Assembly (NCBI RefSeq): GCF_018350175.1
Contig: NC_058383.1
Span: forward strand, 3,906,001-3,970,000
Direction: 5' to 3'
Origin: Felis catus
Lineage: Eukaryota
Length of the DNA stretch: 64,000 bases
Below the pieces are notes generated by a model. That model had not been told where the DNA came from, did not search any database, and saw only the letters and a program-made list of their open reading frames with translations. This document shows positions 10,301-22,422 of the stretch, piece after piece (position 1 is the stretch's first letter; each line of letters opens with the position of its first letter). A program made the translations under genes and the position numbers.

Positions 10301-13300
10301 TGCTACAGCCTTTCCATTAAAGGAACCTCTTCTCAGAGCAGGGAGGGAGGTGCTGGGCCCGATGGGGCCCAGAATCGCTCCGAGCACTGAAGCGGCCCTC
10401 CCGGGAGCACGGGGGCCCAGGCCGCCCACAGCTGCACAAACAGAATGGAAACGGCGTACAAGTCCGTCAGAGACCCCATCCCTAAAACACCTGGATGCAC
10501 CACTGTTCGAGACACTTCTCCTAGGACTCGGGGCTCTCCCGCCCCTGGACCCACAGAACACATCCCAAGGGCTCACGCCCCAGGAACCCGTCTGGATTGG
10601 GAAGCCAGACGCCTGCCTCGCCTGCCGGGGGTCTTCCCTAGAGCCCAGCCTGTGGGGTCTCGTGAGACCCACCCCCACGGGATCTGGATGCTCCTGCGGC
10701 CTCACTGGCCTTCAGAGGAGAGGCAACCCAGACACCGCGAGGGTCCCCGGGTGCTCCCCGACCCACTGCAGCCTCCCAGGCCGAGAGGAACACGCAAGGC
10801 TGCCCACTGCTGCCCCCGAGACCCGCAGACCATCCGCCACTCACAGCCACTCAAAGCCAGTAGGAACGAGGCCAAGAAACCAGTTCCAGACCCTTCCACC
10901 ATAGCTGGGCCTGGGCGCCACCCTGCAGGCTACGATCCTGTCCCGGCCTGTTCCCGTGTGGGTGTGGGGGCTCTGGCAGGAGGAGGGATGACGGGAAGAG
11001 GAAGCCAGGACTCGGCGGCCACAGGGAGACACAGATGACGCCACCGTCCCTCCCACATCACTGGAAAGCCAGCAGAAACACTACAGGCTAAGCAGAGGCC
11101 CCCCTCAGCCTTTTAGGGGACGGGGCCCACGCCTCGACGCCCCCAAATCTGTAGGTGCTGAGGCAGAGCCGCAAGGGCTCGCCAAGGACTCTCAAAACAT
11201 CCCCTCCCGAGGGGCCCACCTTCTGTGTGCCTGCGTGAGCGAGGCGTCCTGGGTAAGAGCTTCAGACAACAAAGACTGTTTGCGGAACGAAAAGGCGATT
11301 TTCCAGCGTTCAGGACGTGACATCTGTTTTCAGAATTCTTCCCACAGAAATTTCCCGCTGCAGGTCAGGAGGCCGAGACGCGGCTCTAACCTTGCCTTTG
11401 CCCTCTGGTGATGTTATTTTTTCCTCAGCGCTCTCCAGCGCCTGCACCACACAGGACGCTGTTTATGGGACGTTCAGATCCTGCCGTGGCTCCCCCGGCC
11501 CCGAGCGGTCCCAGGGGCGGGTGGAGGCGGGACCCCGGCCATCCCTGTCCTGTCCTTGCTCTCCCAGCATCGACTGGGCTACAGGACACCCAGGCCCGGG
11601 ACCAAAAATAACTTCCTCTGAGAGCAGAGGCGGCAGCTGAGGAAGCAGAGCCCCCATCAACCCCAAATAGCTTTTTTCATGAAAATCAGCCCGATGCGGG
11701 GTCCCTGGCCTGGGGAGGCAGGCCCGGTGGGGCCCAAAGACCACAGCGTCTGAGATTAGGCCAGATGAGAAGGGGCGTGAGCGGGACCCGCCCACGAACG
11801 CTGTGCCAGAGAGCCGTGGAGGGGGCGGCTGGAGCCAGAGCAGGAAGGGCGCCCCGGCTGCACCCCGACCGCCTAACCTCCGGTACAGAAGGACCACAGG
11901 CGCTTACAGACGAGCCGGAGGCCCGGGTGCTCACTGGCCGGGGCCATGTCCAGAAGAGAGGCCCCTCTGCTCGGAAAAGCTGGGGCCCCCAAGGACGACA
12001 AGCAGGCTCTGGAGAGAGAGGGGCCTGGGTCCCGGGAGCACTGAGCTCGGGACGGCCCGGGCCGCCGGAGCAGAGCGACTGCCCTGGCCTTGGGGACACA
12101 CAGAGGCGGCTGTTCACCTGACGCTCGGGGGAAAAGCCGGGTCAGCAGCTGCCACAGGTTTGGGCACAGAGAGCAGCCCACCCTGGGAGGTCAAGGTGCG
12201 CATCTGGCGCAACGTCCGCCCAAGGGCAACGAGGGTTGCAGGCCACAGGCCAGCGGGCCCGAATGCCCACTGGGACGCAGAAGGATCCGGTGCTTCCCTC
12301 CGCATACCCACGGAAGCCCAAGAACGTTCCCGGTGTCCCCTACACTGTGAAGCGGGGGACCAGAAAACACTAAGAAACCACATCTAACAAGAAGACACGT
12401 AGACACGCCCGCTGGCTCGGCCTCCCCTCGGCCCCCACCTGCCAGCCCGGCCTCCTCACCTGGCTCGCGAGGCCAGACACCAGCCTGGCACGGGGTAGGA
12501 CAGCCCGTGCCACACAGACCGCGGCCTCTCACCGTCACCTCCAGGAGCCCCTCCTGGCAGGGGCACGGCAGGAACCCGTGCCACCTGAGCGGGGTTCGGG
12601 GCCCTCTCACCGGGAACCCGCGGCCACCTCCTTGGAGACACAGCCGAGCACACGGACACCGTGCAGGGCCTGGCAGACCGACCCCACGGGGGAGCCTTGG
12701 CCAGGCCCCGGCCCGCCTGCCTGCCTGGCTTCCTTCCCAGCTCTGGGTGCAGCCTCCAGAGGCCGGCTGCCAACCACGCCTACCCGGGATCCCCTGCAGC
12801 TTCTGCTGCCGAAGCCCCACGACAGGGATACGGGGAAGGGAGCGGCTCTGTTTCTGCCACACAGGAGCGAGCGAGCGAGTGTGGGGCGAAACCAGGCTCC
12901 CGCACTTGAGGCTGTGGTCCAGCCCCTGGGACGGCCCTGCGACTCGTTCCACCACCCGCTGTGCAGACACACAGCCGCTGAAATCCCACCCGGCCTCGGG
13001 GCCCGGCCCATGCCACCTTCTTTGTGAAGCCCGCCAGGACTGCCCCCTTCGGTCTCTGTTTTCAGCACCTCAGGCTGTGGCTCACACAACCTAACGCGGG
13101 CTCCCCGGGCAGGTGAGGCCCCAAAGCCAGCAAGTCACGGTCACAGTCGCGGCCCCCAACGGCAGTGTGTCTGCTCTCTGAAACGGGTGCACCCGTAAGG
13201 GACGGCCCAGGGCCGACGCACCGTCCTCTTCCCGCAGGGGCACACGGGAGGCCTGTGTCCACCGCCCCCCAGGCAGCACGCCGTGCGTGAAGGGACGACG

Positions 13301-13427
13301 CGAAGAGCCGGGTTGGCCCGACCGCCAGCGTCACCCCCTCGCCTGGGGAGCCCTGACACGAGGCCACCTCTGCTCTAGCGGCCGGACGGCAAGGCGACGG
13401 GGCGCGCGCCCCGCTCCCCGGCGGTAC

Positions 13428-13588
13428 CTGTGACATCCAGCTCCTCCTCCCAGGTCTGCATGTAGAGCGGGCACTTCTGCTGGATGAAGTACAGAAGCTC
13501 GACCGAGTTAGACATCCAGAAGAGGATGTGCTGCAGGTCTGGAACCAGGCCAGCCATGGTAAAGCCGGCCAGAGAGATGGGCTCCTGG
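13428..13588 (-). CDS. RADIL: RADIL exon 6 (start of the dilute region)
   Basis: ttggcag|CCAGGAGCCC...GTCACAG|gtaccg; 161 nt, phase 2 to 1. QEPISLAGFTMAGLVPDLQHILFWMSNSVELLYFIQQKCPLYMQTWEEELDVT. Confidence 0.93.
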
Positions 13589-15559
13589 CTGCCAAGACAC
13601 AAGACGAACGGTTACTCGTGGCCGCCACCCAGGGAGGCCGAACGCGCTACACTCTGCACGGAAGGGTGTTCTGCTCAGCGGGACGCCACCCCAACCAGCC
13701 GTGACCCGTCGGCCTCCCGGCGTCACGCTGGGAAATGAGGTACAAATAGAAGCAGTTCGACCCGTGACAGCCAGAGGCCCGTCTACAAACCTCCGACCTC
13801 GCAGGAAGGACACCAGCACCCACGGCCGGTGCCAGTGACTCTCGTCAACAAAACTGTTTTCACATCTTTGGTTTCCAGAGGAGATAATGAAGGAGCTCAG
13901 TGGTGGGGGGAGGGGGGGGGGCGCGTGCAAGCGCATGTGCTCGGAGAGATGGGGCACACGGCTGTCAGGATGAGCAGCACGAGTGTGTCGTTCGTGTACG
14001 AGAGACGGGACTTTTCGCGTGTTAAGTTCACGTGACGAACTGAACGAACGGTAACGCCTCTATTCCGGGAGGCGCACGGGCGAGACTAGCTGGGAACTAC
14101 CTTGTTAAAAGCCCGACGATGCCTGAAGTCTGTGCATCCAAAAGCAGCCATCAGAGCGTGTCATTTGAAGATTGAGAGGGAATTGTTAGAAAAAGGACTC
14201 CACGATGGCCGCGGCTCCCGGAGCCGCCACACGCTCGTCGCACGGCCTCTTCCGCCAGGGCCAAGCACGTGTCCCTGCGGCGGTCCCAACAGAAGCCGCC
14301 AGGCGCCAGGCACGGGGCGAGAAGCTCCTCGTCCCTCTGCTCCCCTTACGAGCCTGGGGACGGCCAGCCTGGGGCGGAGGTGGCCCCAGAGGCGCTCCTC
14401 TCCCAGGCCGGCACCCAGAGGCTCCTCCGGGCCACTCGCCCCCGGGGTCCGGTGGGCTCCCGCCAAGCGCAGATCCACCGCGGCCCCTAGGATGCAGGGC
14501 CTTGTGTCTGGGGGCACCGGCTGGGACAGGAAGCTCCCCAGCACCGGCCCCACTCAACCACCGGTTGAGGACTCTGAGGGGTGGACGGGGCGAGGCTGTG
14601 CCGAGCTCGGGAAATTTCCCGTTTCAGAGGTCGACGGCCATCCTCCTGGGCACAGTCCCTCGTGTCGCCCCACCCGCTGTGCGGAAGAGGTTCCGCGGGT
14701 TGTCCTGTGACGGCCTGTGAGGACACCCCCGAGGCGCCCGCAGCCAGGATATCGCGCTGGTGCCGCCACCACACCCGCTGGACTGTTCTGACGGGTGAGC
14801 AGAGATCCGTTCGCCGGCAAATCGCCCCGCCCAGCTGTGACTCGGGCTTGGGTAGGGGTGACACGGGGCAAGCTGACCCGCAGTCCCAGGGGCAGGGCCG
14901 GAGCAGCTGCGCGCGTTCATGAGGGTGGCGTCCGGGGTCCGGCCAACGAGGCTCACGGGCAAAGCCACGGGGCCCTACGGGTGGCGGGCTGACGAGGCTG
15001 CGTCGTCCCCTGGGGCAGCCACCACGGGTCCAGGCGGCGGGGCCTCGGGCTCCCTGTCGCGCTTCCTCTCGTGCCTGCGGTTTTGGTTTTGTTGTTCCGA
15101 CACAACTCCGCTTGTGCCCCCGACGGTGCGACCTCTCTTCCGTCTCCTCGTTTTCACTGCTCGGGGCTGTGGCTGCCGTGGCTCCTGCACAGCTCCTCGC
15201 GCTGTTCCTCCGCGTCTGTGCTCCGCACGCTCGTGCTCCCCGTGCTCCCCATGCTCTTCCTCCACATTTGTGCTCCGCGCCCATTTGCATACGCAGGCAG
15301 GCGCGTAGCGCAAAGAGTTTGGGGTTGTTAGAAAAGGATTAAGCTGGGGCTTCAGAGCCTGATTCCATTTTGTTTTCCACGTTCACTGCCCCTCTCGATG
15401 TCACCTTCTCAGAACTCTAAAGGACGGACGGGCTCTACCGAAAAATAAACCACCAGGTATTGGCAGCTGGAGTTTCGGTGTCGAACCCCGGCGAGGTGGC
15501 CCCGAAGGCACGGCACCTGCCAGCCGCAGGCCACACGCTTGGGGCACAAACACCGGGCA

Positions 15560-16820
15560 ACGGGTCCGGCCTATCCCTTCAGGTGAGCACCGAGTGGGAG
15601 CGATTTCACGGATAGGACTCCAAAGACACAGGCACCGAAAGCAAAAATAGACAAGTGGGCCTACGTCCAACTGAAAAGCTTCAGCACAGCAGAGAAAACC
15701 TCCAACAGGGTGAAAAAGCAACCTACAGCGTGGGAGAGAGATTTGTAAACCATCCATCTGCTAAGTGGTTAATTTCCAAAACACGTAAGGAAACCCTGGA
15801 ACTCGAAAGTAAAAAAACTCACGACCCGATTCAAGAAAAGGTTTAAGACTCGAACAGACAGGTCTCCAAAAAAGACATCCAGGTGGCCGACAGGCTCGTG
15901 AAAAGGCGCTCACCGTCGCTCACCACCCGGTGAACGCAAACCAAAACCACGATGAGCTGTCACCTCACCCCCGTTGGAATGGCCATCGTGAGAAGGACAA
16001 GAGGTAACAAGCGTCAGTGAGGGTGTGGAGAAGGTGGAACCCTCCTGCGTTGTCGGCGGGAGTGCAGACCAGGAACGGCGCGGCCGCTGTGGAGAACAGT
16101 GTGGAGGCTCCTCAAAATCGGCCTGAGGACCCGGCAGTTCCGCTCCTGCCTCCTTCCCCGCAAGAACTAAAATCAGCATCTCCAAGAGGTATTTGCACCC
16201 CGCTGCTCAGCACAGCACCAGGCGCAAGAAGGACGACACAGAGCCACACGAAACGTCCACCGAGGGAGGGAGGGGCAAAGAAAATCTGGTACGGGACACA
16301 ATGAAATGGTATTCAGCTTTTAAAAAATAAAGGAGGGGCGCCTGGGTGGCTCAGTTTGTTGGGCGGCCGACTTCAGCTCAGGTCGTGATCTCACGGTATG
16401 TGAGTTTGAGCCCCGCGTCAGGCTCTGTGCTGACAGCTCAGAGCCTGGAGCCTGTTTCAGATTCTGTGTCTCCCTCTCTCTGCCCCTCCCCCGTTCATGC
16501 TCTGTCTCTCTCTGCCTCAAAAATAAATAAACGTTAAAAAAAAAATTACTGAAAAATAAAGGAAATCCTGCAATAACGCGACAGCACGGATGAACCTTGA
16601 AGACATTATGCTAAGCAAAATAAGCCAATCACGAAAGGAAAAATACTGCATGATGTCGCTCAGATGACATTTGTCAACAGTCCAACTCATGGACCCAGAG
16701 GGCAGAATAGCGGCTGCCAGGGGCTGGGGCGGGGACGGAGAAACCAGAAATGGCTAACCGACACCTCAAAACGCTAAGGGGTACTACGCTCATGTCAAGT
16801 GTTCTTACCACAATAAAAGT
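15560..16820 (+). mobile_element. LINE-1 3' fragment (ORF2 end and 3' UTR, L1MA/L1MB-like), interrupted by a SINE
   Basis: aaagcaaaaatagacaagtgg...aaaaccacgatgagctgtcacctcac...gaaccttgaagacattatgctaag...aagtgttcttaccacaataaaa are typical L1 3' motifs. Confidence 0.8.
16335..16550 (+). mobile_element. Can-SINE (SINEC_Fc type)
   Basis: ggggcgcctgggtggctcag head, CT-rich segment and A tail. TSD aaaaataaagga at 16323-16334 and 16552-16563. Confidence 0.92.
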
Positions 16821-16859
16821 AAACCAAACCGGATCAAATCAATCACTGCTCTGATACAA

Positions 16860-16958
16860 TTTTTTTTAAAGTAGGCTCCACGCCCAACATGGGGCTTGAA
16901 TTCACAACCTTGGGATCAAGAGTCACATGCTCCACCTAACGGAGCCAGCCAGGCGCCC
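16860..16958 (-). mobile_element. Short Can-SINE (tRNA-derived head only)
   Basis: ttttttttaaagtaggctccacgcccaacatggggcttgaattcacaacc...gagccagccaggcgccc. Confidence 0.75.
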
Positions 16959-16999
16959 GCGATCTAATTTTTTTTAATCCATATGGGAAGCATATCGAA

Positions 17000-17930
17000 G
17001 GGAAATTATTACTTGGCAACAAAATCGAAAGCGTTTTTGTTAATACAAATTTAAGAAATTCAAATATTGTTCTGAATAATTAACGAATCAAAGAGAAAAT
17101 TAAAACAGAAATTATGCAAGAATAGGAAACGATAAAGACCTTCACGGAATAGAAATCGAGGAAAACCTAAGCAGAAACGACAAAATTGGCCCTTTTAAAC
17201 ACACGACAACAGACGAATCCCTGGGAAGATAATTCAAAGGGATGGAAGAGGAAGGAGATACATGAGACGTGAAAACTCCAAAGAGAACAGAACGAACAAC
17301 TTTATTCCAATAACTTTGAAAACGAAAGTAAAAATTACCGAAATCAGTGTAAGCAGAACCAGAAAACTAGATACGCCAATAATCACCGAAGAAATGGGTT
17401 CAGCAAAACCAGGCCGTCCAGACACTTTTACAGGGAAGTACTTCGTACTTGGAGCAAACCTGTGAGAGCTGAGTCCACACCTCAGACAAACCAATGCAGG
17501 GAACTGAAAACACACAGGGTGGCCCGGTTCAGTCTCTGCGAACCCTGTTATTACAGACAAAGGCCACGAATAAAAAATCACAGATTAACGTGACCTGTGA
17601 ATTCAGATGGGAAAACCCTCATTAAAACATCAACCAACTGAACCTCGCCCTCCTAAAAAGTCAGCCATCACAAAGGGTTTACTCCCAGGGATTCAGTCGT
17701 GGTCCAGAAAACTTGGTAACGCAGCACCCACATTTGTGCATTCCCAGAAAAAAAGGCGTGATCACGGGGGCAGCAAAAGCGTGTAGTGAAAGTCCACAGT
17801 CGTTCGAAATTTAAACAGAACCAGCCCGCACAAAGCTCTGACACCCGCGAGGCAAAATGTTAATGTGAAATTCAGGTATGGATTCTTGGGTGGTTAATAG
17901 TCTGTGCTTTTCTGTATTTTGGAGGAGATT
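17000..17930 (+). mobile_element. Highly decayed L1 (L1ME-like) fragments
   Basis: A-rich L1 ORF2-like phrases such as aaaaccaggccgtccagacacttttacagggaagtactt and aaagggtttactcccagggattcagtcgtgg. Confidence 0.5.
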
Positions 17931-17940
17931 CCTAATTTTA

Positions 17941-18146
17941 ATTTTTTTTAATGTTTATTTTTGACAGAGAAACAGAGCGTGACTAGGGAAGCAGCGGAGA
18001 GAGAGACACACACACAGAATCCGAAGCAGGTTCCAGCCTCCAAGCTGTCAGCACAAGAGCCCGATGCGGGGCCTGAACTCACGGACCACGAGATCATGAC
18101 CTGAGCCGAAGTCGGACGCTCAACCAACTGAGCCACCCAGGTGCCC
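17941..18146 (-). mobile_element. Can-SINE (SINEC_Fc type)
   Basis: tttttttaatgtttatttttgacagaga...ctgagccacccaggtgccc. Imperfect TSD gattc(c/g)taatttt. Confidence 0.9.
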
Positions 18147-19781
18147 TGATTCGTAATTTTTTAAAAAGGAGGGAGAAGGAGCAATCCCTGCCGATGGACA
18201 CAGGCATTTTTAGGCCCTAACAACACAAGTTCTGGAACCCAAAATGGGCACGAGCTGCTGCAGGGAAGGCCTTGGTTCCCCCGTGAGCAGGGTGCCACAG
18301 CACAGGCACCCATGTGGGAGGCGGCACTGAGGAGGGAAGGGGCAGCACGAGCCCCTGAAACCTCAGCTCCATCACCTCCACACCCCACCCCTGCCCCGGA
18401 AGCCCGGCTGTCCCGGAGCAAAGCAAGGGGCTGGGGGTGAGGCCGCCACACCTGTCACCGGGCCCCCAAGGCCAGCCCCTCGCACGGGAAACCTACGCGA
18501 CACGGGCCGCCCAGTGCACTAGGCCTGTGCCGTTCCCTCCGGCGCGGGTGAGCCAGCCGCCACCCTCTGTTGCCGGACTCCCCCGTGGGGCCCGGGCCAT
18601 GCTGAGCGCTGCCCTGGTGAGCTGGGTGGCAGGGCCGGGCCGAGGCACCCCGTGCCGCCTCACGCCTCAGAGGCACATCGCTCATCAGCAAACACTTCCG
18701 CAGAAGTCGCTCCAGCTTCCCGATGTCAACGGGAGCCAGAGAGCGCACGCCGCCGAGCGCCAGGAACCCTGTGCTCAACTTCCGGCTCGGGTGGGACCGC
18801 CGGGCCACTCCAGACCTATGCCGCTCCTGACCCAGGCTTGCATCCCTCCCTTCGAAAGGGGGGCGGTGACGATTGCTCCTTTCCCTTCCGGGGACCACGG
18901 AGGACGCCTGAGCTGACATGTACCGCCAACGGCATGCTTGACAGATGGTCTTTATAGCAGAGGCATCAACGGGAGCGGACCGACGTGTGACTTAAGGTCC
19001 CGTGTGCCCTTCCCTGACGACGGGCAGTGACCAGCCCCCTCAACGTGGCTCTCCTTTGGGGTGTTACCACACGTGTCCGTTCCTTGGCCAGACGGCTTCG
19101 CCGTGGACTTTACGTGCGGGTGCCCTGTCTGCTCCACACGGTTTTCAGATTCCGACACACGGACGGAGCACATAGTGCGTTCGCTCTCACCGTCGCCAAG
19201 CGTCCGCCGTACAAATACACGGCCCTCTGCCCACCTGGTCACTTACAAACAAGGCCTTGAGAGCACACCTCCTGCCCTGCGTGGGAAGCCTTCTCCGTGG
19301 TGCCCGCTTGGGAGACCCAATATGCTTTATTGGGTCGCAGCATATACACGTCTTCGCTGTTAATGCCAAATAGCTTCCCAAGTCCCAGCAGTGCTGTGAG
19401 CATAAACAGCGCTCTTTGGGAAAACACACGTGGGAGAATAGAAACGTGCCGCCTTCTCTCAAAATCAGGTTTGCACAACTTCCTGAAGCGGCAGGTTCGC
19501 TTTGGCACAGTCGTCAGGGAAGTGAGGGGACGACAAGGCTGCAGAGGGGACCTCGCCCCCTCGGTCTTACAGGTGCTGTGGAGAAACTCCCCGAATACAG
19601 TGCTTCCTGGGGTGGTGAGCGCAGAAATGGAAACAGCCACTCTGAGGCGGAAGGACAGTTGGACAGCAGCACACAGCTGACCCCGGAGACGTCAGGGGCC
19701 CCCCAGGCTCCACAGGGAGGTGCAAGTCTGCTGGGGAACTAGCTCCCTACGGGACAGGTGCAACGGCTGGGCCATACTTAC

Positions 19782-19819
19782 AGGTGCGCCTGCTTCTCCG
19801 CCAGTTCTTTGGTTTTCTC
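19782..19819 (-). CDS. RADIL: RADIL exon 5 (38-nt micro-exon, absent from the ORF track)
   Basis: ttttgtctctgattgtag|GAGAAAACCAAAGAACTGGCGGAGAAGCAGGCGCACCT|gtaagt = EKTKELAEKQAH(L). Its phase (0 to 2) exactly bridges exons 4 and 6. Confidence 0.93.
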
Positions 19820-21783
19820 CTACAATCAGAGACAAAAAAAATCAAGCATGAGAAAAGACAGGACAGCACAGGATGTGCTCAGCGAGAACGCCACTAAACG
19901 CCCAGCACACCGTCCGCGTAAAAACACGGCACTACTGTGTGGACTGTTTACTCGAAGCCGTGCCGGAAAGGCTGGTTTTCCATCGGATGTGACAGCTCTT
20001 CGTTCCATTGCCGGATATGACCTGCGTGCTTCCTGCAACAGAGATCATTTACAACCATCTAGCTGACTTAACACGCGGCCCTTTCAGAAACAGTAAAGCA
20101 GCTCAGGCATCTTACAAACGCCAGAATGAAGACTCTGTGCGCACTCGTACCGTCCAGCCTAACACATACGCTTTTCGACGTCGGCCACGGGTTAGCCAAC
20201 ATCCTCCATCACTTTTAACTGACAAGTTACTCTTGCTTTAGTAGCAAGCTGTCATCTGACAGAGCGGAGGTCCACGTGTTCCAAGACGTGCTCGCCACCT
20301 CTAGTGGCGGAGGACAGACGGTTCTTGCTGCCCGACAGACAAATGAACAACGAAAACGTACGGGGCTCTCGCCAGACCAGGGCTGAGGTGTGTGGACAGA
20401 CGGGGGAAGCAGGCAGGGTGTAGCCCGGATTCTGACTCCTTCGTGAGCCCCCGACCCCGGATAAGGTAGTTCACCTCCACGAGCCTCTGCTTCCACGCCC
20501 GTACGGTGGGGGACAAGGCTAATCCCAGGAGCACCTCCGACAGCCACGGGCAGCACTCGGGCTCAGGCTGGCAGACGGCTCCCCGCCCGCCTCTATGCTC
20601 CATCACAAGCCAAGTTACACCCTCCTGGCCTCGGTTTCCTCAGCGGTGCGTGGGATACGGCGTTGTAGCGTCTGACTTACTAGTGTCTGGCCCAGAGCAG
20701 GCTTAGGACAGGACAGCGAGCTGTGTAGAAACTCACAACCCATGACCTCAGACCCCCAGTCACCACAGGCCCTAGTGTGCTCAGGCTGATGTACCTCGTG
20801 GACTTCACCTGGCCCGCACAGACTGCACTTGACCATGCACTTGACCGCACGGAGGGAAGCGACCAAACCAGGGCCATACCAACATCAATCCACATGGGAA
20901 CCGTCAGAGGTGGCCTCGGATAGCCACAATGCACGTGGATTACTTGTACAAACCTTGGGAGGTGACAGCCCATGTTGGCTTTTGCTTTTAAAAGGTTTCA
21001 ATTATTTTAAACGTGCATCTTAATCTGAAAAATCTATCCAGTTTCTGCAAAGCCAGAGTGAGCTGGGCCCAGATATACGGGCATCTCTTTGGGAGACTGT
21101 GTGTAACTACCGGTCAGGCTTTGGGTCCTGGAGGGGCAGGAAGAGGCGAGGGGCCCTGAGTTCTGGACCCAGGCCGCCCGCAGCAGCGCTTGCCCTGGCC
21201 CTGCAGGGACGCCTGGCAGTGCCCGGAGCCGCCTCTGTGAGGGCAGGGGAGCCACTGGCAGGCGGCGGGCAGAGCCCAGGGATGTGAACCAGCCTCTGAC
21301 AGGGCACAGGCTGGCCCCACACCTCTGCCCAAAGGTGGGTGGTCTCGAGACCCTAAGGGAGTCACGCTTTTCGGTGTACAAGAGTCGACCCGCCCGGGGC
21401 CCCCAGCCCTGAGCTGACAAGGGCTCCATAGCCGAGTGCTGGCCAAGGCCCGAACTGCCCCAGGCAGACAGCACAGGGCACTCAGTCCTAATGGGTTAGG
21501 GCTCAGGGGGCACATCACGGCTGGGCTGGGCCTGGGGGACGGACGTGGGACCGGAGCGCATGATGCCGTGGCCAGCCCCCAGCCGCCCTCCCCCCCCAAC
21601 CCTGAGGACAAAATGCCACAGTGGGATGCTCCGGGTTCCCTAGGTGTGGACAGACAGTAAAGCTGGCCTTCGGTCAGAGGAGGGACTCGTGACATCCCCC
21701 AGGCACCCAGAGCCCTCACCCAGCTCCGCCCCCAGCCAACGCCCCCCCCCCCCCCCCCAGCAAACAGCAGCCCCGTGACTGAC

Positions 21784-22422
21784 CCAGACTGTCTCTCGGA
21801 TTGCCTTGGCCATCTTGAGCAGGAGCGGCCCAAATGAGCCAGGCTCCAGGCGGGTGGCCGAGTGCTGGACGCAGAGGCAGAGGAGGAAGGCGGGGGCCAG
21901 CTTGTGGCCGTCACCGCCAGGCTCTACCAGCGTCATGATCCTCTGCAGCAGCGCGTCCTCCACCTCGGGCTCGAACTCCAGGTGCAGCGGCCTCGGCCGG
22001 GGGAAGGCGGCGCGCGTGGAGCCGGAGCGGGGGGTGCCCCGGGCCCGGAGCGCGGCCCCGCACATCCTGCAGCTTCGCGGCCCAGCCCGCAGCCGGGCCA
22101 GGGCCTGGGCGGGCAGGGGCTGGGCTTGCGCCGGGTCCTTGAACAGCAGCAAGTAGTAGAGGCCGAGGGAGAGCAGGTCCCCGTGGCGCAGCACCACGGC
22201 CCGGCCCCCCACCTCCGAGAAGTTGACGGACACGGGCGCCCCGGGGACGGGCTCCAGGACCAGCCTGTTCCCTGGCCTCTCTGGGCCCGGAGGCCGGTGC
22301 CTGCGGATGGTGCAGTGCAAGGGCAGGATGTCCGGGGCCGAGAGGCTGACGCTGGGCTTGCTGGAAGGGGTCCTCTGGCCCACCGTGTGCTGCTCCCGGT
22401 TGAGCAGGTACACCAGGCTGTC
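21784..22422 (-). CDS. RADIL: RADIL exon 4 (FHA-like domain and linker)
   Basis: tttcag|GACAGCCTG...GTCTGG|gtcagt; 639 nt, phase 0 to 0. DSLVYLLNREQHTVGQRTP...LRHGDLLSLGLYYLLLFKDP...AIRETVW. Confidence 0.94.

Noticed and set aside
20294..20310. CTCF-like inverted repeat cgccacctctagtggcg
   Set aside because: Spacing does not fit the CTCF core consensus, and the motif is too short to support a call.
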